From contig SLIL01000337.1 of the NCBI GenBank assembly GCA_007135645.1, positions 1-43,883 on the forward strand: a DNA stretch of 43,883 nucleotides, given 5' to 3'. Source of the DNA: Bacteroidales bacterium (GTDB lineage Bacteria; Bacteroidota; Bacteroidia; Bacteroidales; UBA7960). Each line of letters opens with the position of its first letter. Within the stretch, counting starts at the first letter, position 1. Below, in pieces: positions 9,510 to 18,589 of this stretch. The notes beneath the pieces were generated by a model. It made no database searches. It was not told where the DNA came from and was given only the letters and a program-made list of their open reading frames with translations. Made by a program: the position numbers and the translations under genes.

Positions 9510-9884
9510 ATGAATATTCCCGACAATTTAAAGTACACCAAAGATCACGAATGGATCAAAGTAGAAGGCGATACTGCTATCGTTGGTATTACTGACTATG
9601 CTCAGAATGAGCTGGGTGATATTGTTTACATTGAAGTTAATACGGTGGGAGAAACACTGGAACAGGAGGAAACCTTTGGTACCATTGAAGCTGTAAAAAC
9701 GGTATCTGATCTTTTTATGCCGGTTTCTGGTGAGGTTCTGGAGTTTAACGAAGAGCTGGAAAGCAACCCGGAAATTGCCAACAAAGACCCTTATGGCGAT
9801 GGCTGGATTGTAAAAATTAAACTATCTGATGCCTCTGAGGTTGACAATCTGTTGACTGCTGAAGCGTACAAAGAATTGTTGTAA
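9510..9884 (+). CDS. gcvH: glycine cleavage system H protein
   Basis: 124 aa. The sequence [34 protein letters not shown] and the lipoyl-lysine motif [10 protein letters not shown] are textbook GcvH. Confidence 0.95.
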   Translation: MNIPDNLKYTKDHEWIKVEGDTAIVGITDYAQNELGDIVYIEVNTVGETLEQEETFGTIEAVKTVSDLFMPVSGEVLEFNEELESNPEIANKDPYGDGWIVKIKLSDASEVDNLLTAEAYKELL

Positions 9885-9933
9885 AGGCTGGCATTGTTGT
9901 GAAAGAGGTTTCTCCACAGCCGGCCAACCCTAA

Positions 9934-10335
9934 TTGCAAAAAATGAATCCAAGGTATCTGATTCCGGCATTGATCTGGTCATTACTGATCTTTTGGATAA
10001 TAAGTCTGCCCGGAAGCAGCATACCCAAGACACCTTTGTTGCAGCTTCCGCATTTTGATAAATTCGTTCACGTTTCTATCTTCATGGTATTTGCCTTTTT
10101 GCTTGCCTTTGGTATTGATAAGCAAGAAGTAAAAGGGATTCAAAGAAACATTTATACTATTACTATTGCCATTTGCGTTATATATAGTACAGGAACCGAG
10201 TGGCTGCAACATAATTATGTACCCGGAAGGCATGGAGATTTCTGGGACATTTTAGCCAATCTGGCAGGATCTTTAACAGGACTGATGATATATTTGCACC
10301 GGATAAGCCTGTTAAGTTTTTTCTGGAAAAGATAG
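9934..10335 (+). CDS. VanZ-family membrane protein
   Basis: 133 aa with four hydrophobic helices. Motifs DKFVHVSIF and GRHGDFWDILANLAG are VanZ-like, and this is the usual position downstream of gcvH in Bacteroidota. Confidence 0.6.
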   Translation: MQKMNPRYLIPALIWSLLIFWIISLPGSSIPKTPLLQLPHFDKFVHVSIFMVFAFLLAFGIDKQEVKGIQRNIYTITIAICVIYSTGTEWLQHNYVPGRHGDFWDILANLAGSLTGLMIYLHRISLLSFFWKR

Positions 10336-10434
10336 AGGTGCACCCTTGGAAGTTAAAAAATTCGTATATTAGCAAACCCGAAGATATTTAACAAAATAAG
10401 ATTAACTCTTTGACAATCAAAATAAAAGAATCCT

Positions 10435-11109
10435 ATGGAAATTAAAAAAACACCAAAAGCCGATCTTGAAAACAAGAAGCGGATATTCCTGCAGGCAGGA
10501 CTTATCGTTGCTTTGGTTTTGGTATGGATGGGTTTTGAGTACAAGCAATATGAAAGACAGATCATCGATCTGGGCGTATTGGATATCGAGATCATTGAAG
10601 AGGAAGATATTCCGATCACACGCCAGGAAACTCCCCCTCCTCCGCCTCCACCGGAGCCTTCCACCGAGCTGATTATCGTTGACGATGATGTTGAGATTGA
10701 TGAAGAGTTCATGATCGACACCGAAGCTACCGTATTCACAGAGGTGCAGGAGTTTACTCCAATTATCGTGGAAGAAGAAGAGATTGAAGAAGAACAGATC
10801 TTTACCATTGTGGAAGATGATCCCGAATTTCCCGGTGGTCAGGCTGCTTTGATGCAATACCTCCAGTCAAACCTGAGGTATCCTACCATGGCTCGTGAGG
10901 CCGGAATTCAGGGTACCGTGTTTGTGACTTTTGTTGTTGAGCGCGATGGAAGCATTACAGACGTTAGGGTATTGAGAGGTGTTGGTGGTGGTTTGGATGA
11001 AGAAGCCATCAGGGTTGTAAGAAACATGCCCGCATGGACTCCCGGACGTCAGAGAGGCCAGGCGGTTAGGGTACAGTTTAACCTGCCCATCCGATTTGTT
11101 CTTAACTAG
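10435..11109 (+). CDS. TonB-family energy transducer
   Basis: 224 aa. It has an N-terminal TM anchor, a Pro-rich spacer (ETPPPPPPPEPS), an acidic linker and a C-terminal TonB domain (PEFPGGQAALMQYLQSNLRYPTMAREAGIQGTVFVTFVVERDGSITDVRVLRG). Confidence 0.85.
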   Translation: MEIKKTPKADLENKKRIFLQAGLIVALVLVWMGFEYKQYERQIIDLGVLDIEIIEEEDIPITRQETPPPPPPPEPSTELIIVDDDVEIDEEFMIDTEATVFTEVQEFTPIIVEEEEIEEEQIFTIVEDDPEFPGGQAALMQYLQSNLRYPTMAREAGIQGTVFVTFVVERDGSITDVRVLRGVGGGLDEEAIRVVRNMPAWTPGRQRGQAVRVQFNLPIRFVLN

Positions 11110-11140
11110 CAAGACAATTTAGAAAAAAGAAATTATAGGA

Positions 11141-11176
11141 AAAGGCAGCTTTCTGATAAAGGAAGCTGCCTTTTTT
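11141..11176. terminator. bidirectional rho-independent terminator between tonB-like gene and recG
   Basis: GGCAGCTT (11144..11151) pairs with AAGCTGCC (11163..11170). It is flanked by an A-run upstream and TTTTTT (11171..11176) downstream. Confidence 0.7.
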
Positions 11177-11178
11177 CT

Positions 11179-11214
11179 TGGATTCAGCTGATCTTATGGA
11201 TTCAGCTGATCTTA
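11179..11214. repeat. perfect 18-bp tandem duplication (TGGATTCAGCTGATCTTA x2) spanning the recG stop codon
   Basis: Read directly: 11179..11196 is identical to 11197..11214. On the minus strand each copy contains AAGATCAGCTGA (K-I-S-stop). Confidence 0.95.
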
Positions 11215-13337
11215 CTCCAGGTTACCTTTGATTTGCGCTTTGCTCTCAGGGTTGAAGCAATGATATGATTTTCAGGCAATCGCAGTTCAGGGTCTTTTTC
11301 CAGGATATCGGCCGCCTTTCCCCGTGCATACTTCAGAATTTTCTCATCCTGAATAATGTTGGCAATCTTAAGATCAAGAATTCCACTCTGCTGGGTGCCG
11401 TGAATATCTCCGGGGCCTCTGAGTTTCATATCAGTTTCTGCAATTTCAAATCCATCATTGGTCCTCACCATGGTTTCAATCCGTTTTTTGGCATCTGCAG
11501 AGAGCTTAAAGTCTGTCATAAGAACGCACCACGACTGATCTGCACCCCTGCCTACTCTTCCCCTGAGCTGGTGCAGCTGCGACAAACCAAACCGCTGCGC
11601 ACTCTCGATAACCATTACACTCGCATTGGGAACATTGATGCCCACCTCAATCACTGTGGTGGCAACCATGATCTGAGTTTCCCCTCTCACAAACCGTTGC
11701 ATTTCATAATCCTTGTCAGCCGGTTTCATCTGCCCATGAACAATGCTTACGGCAAATTCAGGAAGCGGGAAGGCACGCACGATACTTTCATATCCATCCT
11801 GAAGGTCCTTCAGATCCAGTTTTTCCGATTCCCTGATAATGGGGTATACCACATAAATCTGGCGGCCCTGCTTTATCTGGTCACGCATAAAACCAAATAC
11901 CTTTAGCCGATTGGTGTCGTATTGGTGGATGGTTTTTATGGGCTTGCGGCCAGGAGGCAACTCATCGATCACTGATACGTCAAGGTCGCCATACAGGGTC
12001 ATGGCCAGGGTGCGGGGAATGGGTGTTGCCGTCATTACCAGAACATGGGGAGAAATGATATTCTTTTTCCATAGCCTGGCTCGCTGGGCTACCCCAAAGC
12101 GATGCTGCTCGTCAATGACTACCATTCCCAGATTATGAAAGATCACCGTATCCTCAATAAGGGCATGCGTACCAATGAGGATATGCAGCTCTCCCTCCCT
12201 GAGCATCTTATGGATAGTGTTTCGTTGTGCTTTTCTTGTGGAGCCGGTGAGCAGGCTCACATTCAGATTCATTTTCTTCAGCATCTCCGACAGAGATTCA
12301 TAGTGCTGATTGGCAAGCACTTCGGTGGGTGCCATCAAGCAGGCCTGAAAACCATTGTCGATGGCAATGAGCATGGTCATCAATGCCACAATGGTTTTTC
12401 CGCTGCCCACATCGCCCTGTAATAGCCGGTTCATCTGTTTTCCCCCAAGGGTGTCTGTGCGGATCTCTTTGATCACCCGTTTCTGGGCGCTGGTTAATTC
12501 AAAGGAGAGATAGTTGTGGTAAAAATTATTAAAATACGCTCCCACGGTTTTGAAAATATGCCCCTTTGACTCCGAAGTACGAACATGCTTCAGTTTCAGC
12601 AATTCAAGCTGAATGTAAAAAAGCTCTTCAAACTTGAGCCTTGCCCTTGCACGCGAAAGAGTTGCCGCGCTCTCAGGGAAATGGATATTGATAAGCGATT
12701 GCCTTAGCGTGGGCAGTTTTAATTCTTCCCTGAGATATTCGGGCAGCGTTTCATTGACATAGTCTTTTACCTGGGGAATAAGGTTTCGCAGCAACCGGTT
12801 GATCCCCTTGCTGTCGAGCCCCCTGGTTTTTAGCTTTTCTGTTGAACTGTAAGCCGGATGCATAGTCGACTGTTGTGTAATGGCACCCGTGCCGGCCGCT
12901 TCAATTTCAGGGTGTGCAATGTTAAATTTTCGTCCGTAGAGGGTGGGCTTGCCAAACACGATGTATTCAACCCCTGGCTTAAGCATTTCTTTAATAAACC
13001 GGAACCCGTTGAACCAGATAAGCTCCAGGGTCTGGCCTGTCTCGTCGGTGAGCAGGGCCGTCATCCGTGTGGTTCTTTTATGCCCGTATGTCTGCAGGTT
13101 GCTGATGTAGCCTTTTATCTGCACGTAGGGCATATCTTCGGTGATCTCCCTGATATGGTAAAACCTGCTTTTGTCAATATAACGAAAGGGATAGAAATGC
13201 AGCAGGTCTTCAAAACAGAAGATCTGAAGCTCTTTTTTCAGTAATTCTGCCTTTTGAGGACCCACCCCCTTTAAAAATTCTATGGGTGTTTTCAGGATGT
13301 CTGATGGCATGCTTTCATAGCTAAGTGCTGATGGCAT
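11202..13337 (-). CDS. recG: ATP-dependent DNA helicase RecG
   Basis: 711 aa. It has an N-terminal wedge region (IEFLKGVGPQKAELL), Walker A (GDVGSGKT), a DEQH box (VVIDEQHRFGV), TATPIPRTL and QLRGRVGRG. An alternative start exists at Met10. Confidence 0.95.
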   Translation of the reverse strand: MPSALSYESMPSDILKTPIEFLKGVGPQKAELLKKELQIFCFEDLLHFYPFRYIDKSRFYHIREITEDMPYVQIKGYISNLQTYGHKRTTRMTALLTDETGQTLELIWFNGFRFIKEMLKPGVEYIVFGKPTLYGRKFNIAHPEIEAAGTGAITQQSTMHPAYSSTEKLKTRGLDSKGINRLLRNLIPQVKDYVNETLPEYLREELKLPTLRQSLINIHFPESAATLSRARARLKFEELFYIQLELLKLKHVRTSESKGHIFKTVGAYFNNFYHNYLSFELTSAQKRVIKEIRTDTLGGKQMNRLLQGDVGSGKTIVALMTMLIAIDNGFQACLMAPTEVLANQHYESLSEMLKKMNLNVSLLTGSTRKAQRNTIHKMLREGELHILIGTHALIEDTVIFHNLGMVVIDEQHRFGVAQRARLWKKNIISPHVLVMTATPIPRTLAMTLYGDLDVSVIDELPPGRKPIKTIHQYDTNRLKVFGFMRDQIKQGRQIYVVYPIIRESEKLDLKDLQDGYESIVRAFPLPEFAVSIVHGQMKPADKDYEMQRFVRGETQIMVATTVIEVGINVPNASVMVIESAQRFGLSQLHQLRGRVGRGADQSWCVLMTDFKLSADAKKRIETMVRTNDGFEIAETDMKLRGPGDIHGTQQSGILDLKIANIIQDEKILKYARGKAADILEKDPELRLPENHIIASTLRAKRKSKVTWSKIS

Positions 13338-13460
13338 AAAGGTAAAAAATGCACGCTAAAATACAAAATAGGATGATGTACTCATACCTTGTGCTGCAGG
13401 CAACTTCATTACGAATGTTTTTGTTACTTTTGCTATGCTAAAATTTTCAATATAATTCTT

Positions 13461-13763
13461 ATGGGCCTTATTCGTCTGGTTGCAATATTTCTTCTCATTT
13501 ATTTGATATTCAGATTTCTGGTAATGTACATTTTTCCTGTTTTTGTTCGCTGGTATGTGAAGCGGGTCAAGCGAAGATTTTATCAGCATCACCCCCATGC
13601 TGACCCTTCGAAACAAAAAAAGAAGAAGGCACAAACCAGATTCTGGGGAAATGTACATCAAACAGAAACCAAAACCGGCAGCCAGATAGGCGAGTATGTG
13701 GATTATGAAGAAATTAAAGAAGACAAGAAAGACAAAACCCAAAAAGATAAAAACGAAAAATAA
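13461..13763 (+). CDS. small membrane protein, DUF4834-like
   Basis: It has an N-terminal TM helix (MGLIRLVAIFLLIYLIFRFLV), a basic linker and a C-terminal GEYVDYEEIKE motif followed by a Lys/Asp-rich tail. I prefer the start at Met25 of the tracked ORF (13389..13763). The family name is recalled, not aligned. Confidence 0.55.
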   Translation: MGLIRLVAIFLLIYLIFRFLVMYIFPVFVRWYVKRVKRRFYQHHPHADPSKQKKKKAQTRFWGNVHQTETKTGSQIGEYVDYEEIKEDKKDKTQKDKNEK

Positions 13764-13778
13764 ATCCTTAGGAAAAAG

Positions 13779-16229
13779 ATGAAGAATATCATTGAAAACA
13801 TCGACTGGAAAAAGGCAACACCATACGTAGGTGCCGTTCTTATTTTTATCATATTAAGCCTGGCTTATGTATATCCGGTATTGCAGGGGAAGCGGCTTCT
13901 TCAGCCCGATATTGTGAAGTTTGAAGGCATGGCTAAAGAAATAAAGGATTTCAGGGCAGAAACAGGGGAAGAGGCACTATGGACAAACTCTATGTTTGGA
14001 GGCATGCCGGCATTCCAGATCTCAGTGATTTACAGCAACAATGTTGCCCGGTTCTTTCACAACCTGTTTACGTTGGGGTTGCCACGTCCGGCCGATATGA
14101 TCTTTTTGTATTTTGCCGGGTTTTTCATATTTCTGCTCATGCTCAAAGTCAATCCCTGGATAGCATTCCTTGGGGCGCTGGGGTTCGCTTTTTCATCTTA
14201 TCACTTTATCATCATTGAGGCAGGGCACAATGCCAAAGCCCTTGCCATTGCCTACATGGCACCCATTCTGGCATCTATTATTTACACTTTCAGAGGGAAC
14301 TATATTCCTGGAGCGATCCTTTTTGCCCTTTTTCTGGCTTTGCAGTTATTCTCCAATCACCTTCAGATCACCTATTACCTGCTGATCCTGGTGGTGTTTT
14401 ACGGCATTTTTGAACTGGCAGATCAGATCAAGAACAAGCAATTACCCAACTTTATCAGGGCATCAGGTATCCTTGTGGCAGCGGCAATTGTAGCTGTTGG
14501 GGTTAATATGAGTGGTTTCTGGGGCACCTATGAATACACCTCGGAGACTATGCGCGGCGGATCTGAGCTTACCATCGGAGAAGAGCAGCATGCCTCAGGA
14601 CTAAGCCGTGAATACATCACTGCATGGAGTTATGGAAAAATGGAAACATTAACATTACTGGTGCCCAATTTAAAAGGTGGAGCATCGGCTCAGATCAGTG
14701 AAAACCAGACAGCGCTCAATGCGGTGGAGCCCGCACTCAGAAGAAATGTAGGACAGGCCAGCCAGTACTGGGGTGAGCAGCCATTCACCTCCGGCCCTGT
14801 TTATGTGGGCGCTGTGGTGCTTTTCCTGTTTTTCATGTCGCTGTTCTTTTTGAAAGGACCCCTCAAGTGGGGATTTCTCACAGCAGCGATTCTTGCGATT
14901 ATGCTTTCATGGGGCCGTAACTTTATGCCCCTCACCGACTTTTTTATAGACTATGTGCCCGGCTACAACAAGTTCAGGGCTGTCTCCATGACTTTGGTGA
15001 TTGCCGAACTGGTGATCCCTGCGCTGGCATTCCTGGGATTGCACCAGGTGTTTACCGGGAAAGTAAAAATTCATCTAAAGCATCCGGCCATTCTCACAGC
15101 ACTTGCGTTTACAGCAGGGGTATCCCTTATTTTGTACCTGTTCCCCCGGGCCTTCTTTTCATTCATCAACTCCAATGAGGTAAACATGTTCTCTGAATGG
15201 ATTGCGGAAGACCCGGCTCAGGCCTCTACAGTAAGGATGGTTGAGCAAAATCTTGTGAATGCCAGGGTTGCCCTTTTACAAACAGATGCCATCAGAAGCT
15301 TTGGGTTTGCGATGGCAACGGCAGCGGTATTGCTGTTCTTTGCAGCCGGTAAGCTTAAGAATGCCGCCTTTGTGGTGGTTCTTGCCCTGTTGCTGGTGTT
15401 TGATATGTGGCCTGTAAATCGCCGCTATTTTGACAGCTCAGGATTTGTGCCCAGGCGACAGGTAGAGAATCCGTTTCAGCCCACCCAGGCCAACAGGCAG
15501 ATCCTGCAGGATAACGATCTGCACTTTCGTGTTTACAATGTTACCGTTAGCAGTTTTAATGAAACTTCCACAAGCTGGTTCCATCGCTCCATAGGAGGGT
15601 ATCATGGGGCTAAGCTTCAGCGGTACCAGGAGCTGATCGATTACCATATTACCCAGGGCAACATGGATGTGCTGCACATGCTCAATACCCGCTACTTTAT
15701 CGTACCGGGGCCTGACAGGCAGCCTGCTGCCAGCTTTAATGACGATGCATTGGGAAATGCCTGGTTTGCCAGCGAGCTCCAGTGGGTAGAGAATGCCAAT
15801 GAGGAGATCCTCGAGCTCTATGAGATTGACCCGGGATATACTGCTCTGGTTGATCAGCGCTTCTCCCACTATATTGAAACGGAACCTCCCGCGCCCGAAA
15901 GCACGGACCATATTGAGCTGATCCATTATCAGCCCAACAAATTGATATATACATCCCGCACCTCCGGGCCGCGTCTGGCATTGTTTTCAGAGGTTTACTA
16001 TCCTCATGGATGGAAAGTATTCGTTAACGGGGAAGAGGCCGATCATTTCCGGGCCAATTATATTCTTCGCGGGATGATCGTTCCGGAAGGGGAAAACGAA
16101 ATAGAATTCCGCTTTGAACCCCGATCTTTCTTCCTGGGAGAAAGGATCTCCTTCGCTTTCAGTGCGCTGCTTGTGCTTTCCATGGCCGGGTTTGTGTTTT
16201 TGAAGTTGAAAGCATGGAGAAAGTCCTGA
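13779..16229 (+). CDS. YfhO-family polytopic membrane protein (glycosyl-carrier-dependent glycosyltransferase-like)
   Basis: 816 aa. It has many TM helices in the first roughly 560 aa, a soluble C-terminal domain and a final TM helix. Size and topology fit the bacterial YfhO family. Confidence 0.65.
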   Translation: MKNIIENIDWKKATPYVGAVLIFIILSLAYVYPVLQGKRLLQPDIVKFEGMAKEIKDFRAETGEEALWTNSMFGGMPAFQISVIYSNNVARFFHNLFTLGLPRPADMIFLYFAGFFIFLLMLKVNPWIAFLGALGFAFSSYHFIIIEAGHNAKALAIAYMAPILASIIYTFRGNYIPGAILFALFLALQLFSNHLQITYYLLILVVFYGIFELADQIKNKQLPNFIRASGILVAAAIVAVGVNMSGFWGTYEYTSETMRGGSELTIGEEQHASGLSREYITAWSYGKMETLTLLVPNLKGGASAQISENQTALNAVEPALRRNVGQASQYWGEQPFTSGPVYVGAVVLFLFFMSLFFLKGPLKWGFLTAAILAIMLSWGRNFMPLTDFFIDYVPGYNKFRAVSMTLVIAELVIPALAFLGLHQVFTGKVKIHLKHPAILTALAFTAGVSLILYLFPRAFFSFINSNEVNMFSEWIAEDPAQASTVRMVEQNLVNARVALLQTDAIRSFGFAMATAAVLLFFAAGKLKNAAFVVVLALLLVFDMWPVNRRYFDSSGFVPRRQVENPFQPTQANRQILQDNDLHFRVYNVTVSSFNETSTSWFHRSIGGYHGAKLQRYQELIDYHITQGNMDVLHMLNTRYFIVPGPDRQPAASFNDDALGNAWFASELQWVENANEEILELYEIDPGYTALVDQRFSHYIETEPPAPESTDHIELIHYQPNKLIYTSRTSGPRLALFSEVYYPHGWKVFVNGEEADHFRANYILRGMIVPEGENEIEFRFEPRSFFLGERISFAFSALLVLSMAGFVFLKLKAWRKS

Positions 16230-17497
16230 TACTTACCTATTACTGGCCGCCCAGTGGTGGGCCCGGTGTTCAGCGGTGGCTTAAATTCGTAAAATACCTC
16301 CCTGAATACGGTTATGATCCCGTTGTGATCACTGTTGACCCCCACCTGGCAACCTATCCGGTTGTAGATACCGGGTTGAACGATGACGTATTATCCGGGA
16401 TTGAGATTGTTAAAACGTCCACCAGGGAGCCTTATGCGTTGTATAAAAAGATCTTTGGAAAAAAGCAGGTTCCCCATTCAGGATTTGCCAATGAAGAAGG
16501 TCAGGGTCCCGGATCAGCACTCTCACGATTTATCAGGGGAAATTTCTTTATTCCCGATGCTCGTAAAGGGTGGAATCCATTCGCAATCAGTGCTGCCGAA
16601 AAGCTTTTGAAAAAATACCGGATAAAAACGCTGATCACCACCAGCCCACCTCACTCTACCCAGCTGGCAGGTCTGATGCTCAAAAAGAAATACCCACATC
16701 TGAACTGGATCGCCGACCTGAGAGATCCATGGACCGATATCTTTTATTACAGCAAAATGCTCCATCTGCCTTTTGCCAGGAAGCGGGATGCGAAGATGGA
16801 GGCAGATGTGCTTCATCATGCCGATATGCTGGTAACTGTCAGTAGTGCCCTGGCAGAGCTTTTTAACTCGAAAATAAGCAAGGAGAGCAGAAAGAAAATT
16901 CAGGTCATTACCAATGGATTTGATCACGAAGATTTCAGTGATCCTGTTCCCGAAAAAGAGTACAGCGACTTTACCATAACCTATACCGGCACCCTCTCAG
17001 AGAGCTACTATCTTGATGGCCTGATTAAAGCTATTGAAGGGCTGCCGGATCATCAGCAGGTGCGCTTGAGGATTGCCGGGAGTATCTGCCCACTTTGGAG
17101 TGAGAAACTTGAAAACCTGCTGGGCAACCGGTTGATCAGGCTGGGGCATGTTGATCACTCCCGGGCTATACGTGAGATGCAGCAGGCCAGCATGCTTTTG
17201 CTGGTGATCCCCCGTATTGAAAACAATGAGGGGATCCTTACGGGCAAGCTGTTTGAGTATCTTGCATCGCAAAGACCTGTAATGGGAATTGGCCCGTTGA
17301 ACGGAGAAGCTGCAAAGATCCTGCAGGCAACCCAATGTGGGACAATGTTTGATTATAACGATGCTGATAATATGGGTCGCTTTATTGCCCGGAGCATGAA
17401 TGGTGAGCAAATGAGTGTTCCCGATAAAGATGCTGTAATCCAGTTTTCCAGAAAAGAACTGACAGGTAAACTGGCTGAACTTATTGGAATGTCCTGA
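16214..17497 (+). CDS. glycosyltransferase family 4 (GT-B fold)
   Basis: 427 aa. The N-terminus MEKVLILTYYWPPSGGPGVQRWLKFVKYL is typical of GT4. A C-terminal E-x7-E-like region is present (GKLFEYLASQRPVMG). The ORF overlaps the end of the YfhO gene by 16 nt, suggesting translational coupling. Confidence 0.75.
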   Translation: MEKVLILTYYWPPSGGPGVQRWLKFVKYLPEYGYDPVVITVDPHLATYPVVDTGLNDDVLSGIEIVKTSTREPYALYKKIFGKKQVPHSGFANEEGQGPGSALSRFIRGNFFIPDARKGWNPFAISAAEKLLKKYRIKTLITTSPPHSTQLAGLMLKKKYPHLNWIADLRDPWTDIFYYSKMLHLPFARKRDAKMEADVLHHADMLVTVSSALAELFNSKISKESRKKIQVITNGFDHEDFSDPVPEKEYSDFTITYTGTLSESYYLDGLIKAIEGLPDHQQVRLRIAGSICPLWSEKLENLLGNRLIRLGHVDHSRAIREMQQASMLLLVIPRIENNEGILTGKLFEYLASQRPVMGIGPLNGEAAKILQATQCGTMFDYNDADNMGRFIARSMNGEQMSVPDKDAVIQFSRKELTGKLAELIGMS

Positions 17498-17518
17498 AAT
17501 AATATGATCCTCCGGCTG

Positions 17519-18454
17519 TTAGTACCAGACAGGATTGATCAGGCCCCTGCCCCTTACCAGGTTGTAAATGGTTAACAGAGTATACGATGCAGCAAAGTTA
17601 AGTGCCGAAATAATCGTTGCAAAAACGAATAACGCTCCAAACATTCCTACAATCCTGTTTATACTTGCCGTATAGGTTTCAATCTGAATATACTTCCACA
17701 AGCTGCCAAATAAACCACTGAGCCCCATGGCATCCATCCCCATAATGAACAGGTTAAAAAACAGGAGAAAGATGATCAGCGATATCAGTCCGCTTTTGGC
17801 ACCCCTGATATCAGGCGGGCTCAACTCCATGTGCGAGGAAATACACATGGCCAGATAGAGAAAGATCCAGAAACGATAATCACTGAAATTGGCACGGCTG
17901 AACATGGCCGATAAAGTGGTTGTGGTGGTATCCCAAAGCGATTCAAAGATCCCTGAAAAGTTGCCTTGCACACCTGCTACAAGCATGCTGCTTTGGGCTT
18001 CGATCCCCGAAAAAACAGCATCCTTTTCCGGGACAAGATAATACAGAGCTGCATACAATACCACTGCTCCGAAAATGATGGGCCCCACACCAATGAAAAA
18101 ATTTCCAATCCGCTGGTAGGTGCTGCCAGGGTTGTAGGCATGGTTTACATAACCCAGGGTGCCATCGGTGGAATTGGGGGTGTAAAGACGCATTTCAAGG
18201 ATCCGGTGGCGGAAAAGTATGCAAAATACCGCATGCCCAAGCTCATGTACCGGGGTACCTATCCATCCTGTTACGATCACATCGAGCTTGCGTCCGGCCG
18301 ATTTTACATAGGTAAGCCTGGTAAAACGGGCCAGTATATAAAGAATCAGGCCGAATACAAACAGCAGACCCAGTAACCATATGAGTTGGCTAAAGGTGGT
18401 GATGATCACGAGTTTTAAAAAATCTATTGTCGAATTGAGTTGATCCATTGTCAA
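17519..18454 (-). CDS. polytopic membrane protein with HExxH motif (putative intramembrane/juxtamembrane zinc metalloprotease)
   Basis: 311 aa with at least 6 hydrophobic helices. HELGH (GTPVHELGHAVFCIL) follows the first TM helix directly, and a second acidic motif (SSHMELSPPD) lies in a later helix. I did not recognise a specific family. Confidence 0.55.
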   Translation of the reverse strand: MTMDQLNSTIDFLKLVIITTFSQLIWLLGLLFVFGLILYILARFTRLTYVKSAGRKLDVIVTGWIGTPVHELGHAVFCILFRHRILEMRLYTPNSTDGTLGYVNHAYNPGSTYQRIGNFFIGVGPIIFGAVVLYAALYYLVPEKDAVFSGIEAQSSMLVAGVQGNFSGIFESLWDTTTTTLSAMFSRANFSDYRFWIFLYLAMCISSHMELSPPDIRGAKSGLISLIIFLLFFNLFIMGMDAMGLSGLFGSLWKYIQIETYTASINRIVGMFGALFVFATIISALNFAASYTLLTIYNLVRGRGLINPVWY

Positions 18455-18589
18455 TGCTTTAAATCAAGCAAACTGGTTTGCTGTTATCAATTTCCGGGGC
18501 TATGGAATGATCTTAACAGGAAGATCATTGGTCCTTTGGTTTGTTTTCCGTTTGAATTACAAACAAAAATAGGTTAATTTTACTAAAAA

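Noticed and set aside
10353-10857. 151-aa and 146-aa ORFs antisense to the TonB-family gene. A 179-aa antisense ORF occurs inside the SusC-like gene at 42687..43226.
   Set aside because: These are shadow ORFs. The translations are homopolymer-like (poly-Ser, poly-Gly from the complement of the Pro/Glu-rich linker), or they lack any motif.
13356-13742. A 128-aa minus-strand ORF overlapping the DUF4834-like gene.
   Set aside because: The plus-strand frame gives a recognisable small membrane protein with the GEYVDYEEI motif and sits in series with the downstream YfhO gene. The minus-strand product has no recognisable features.
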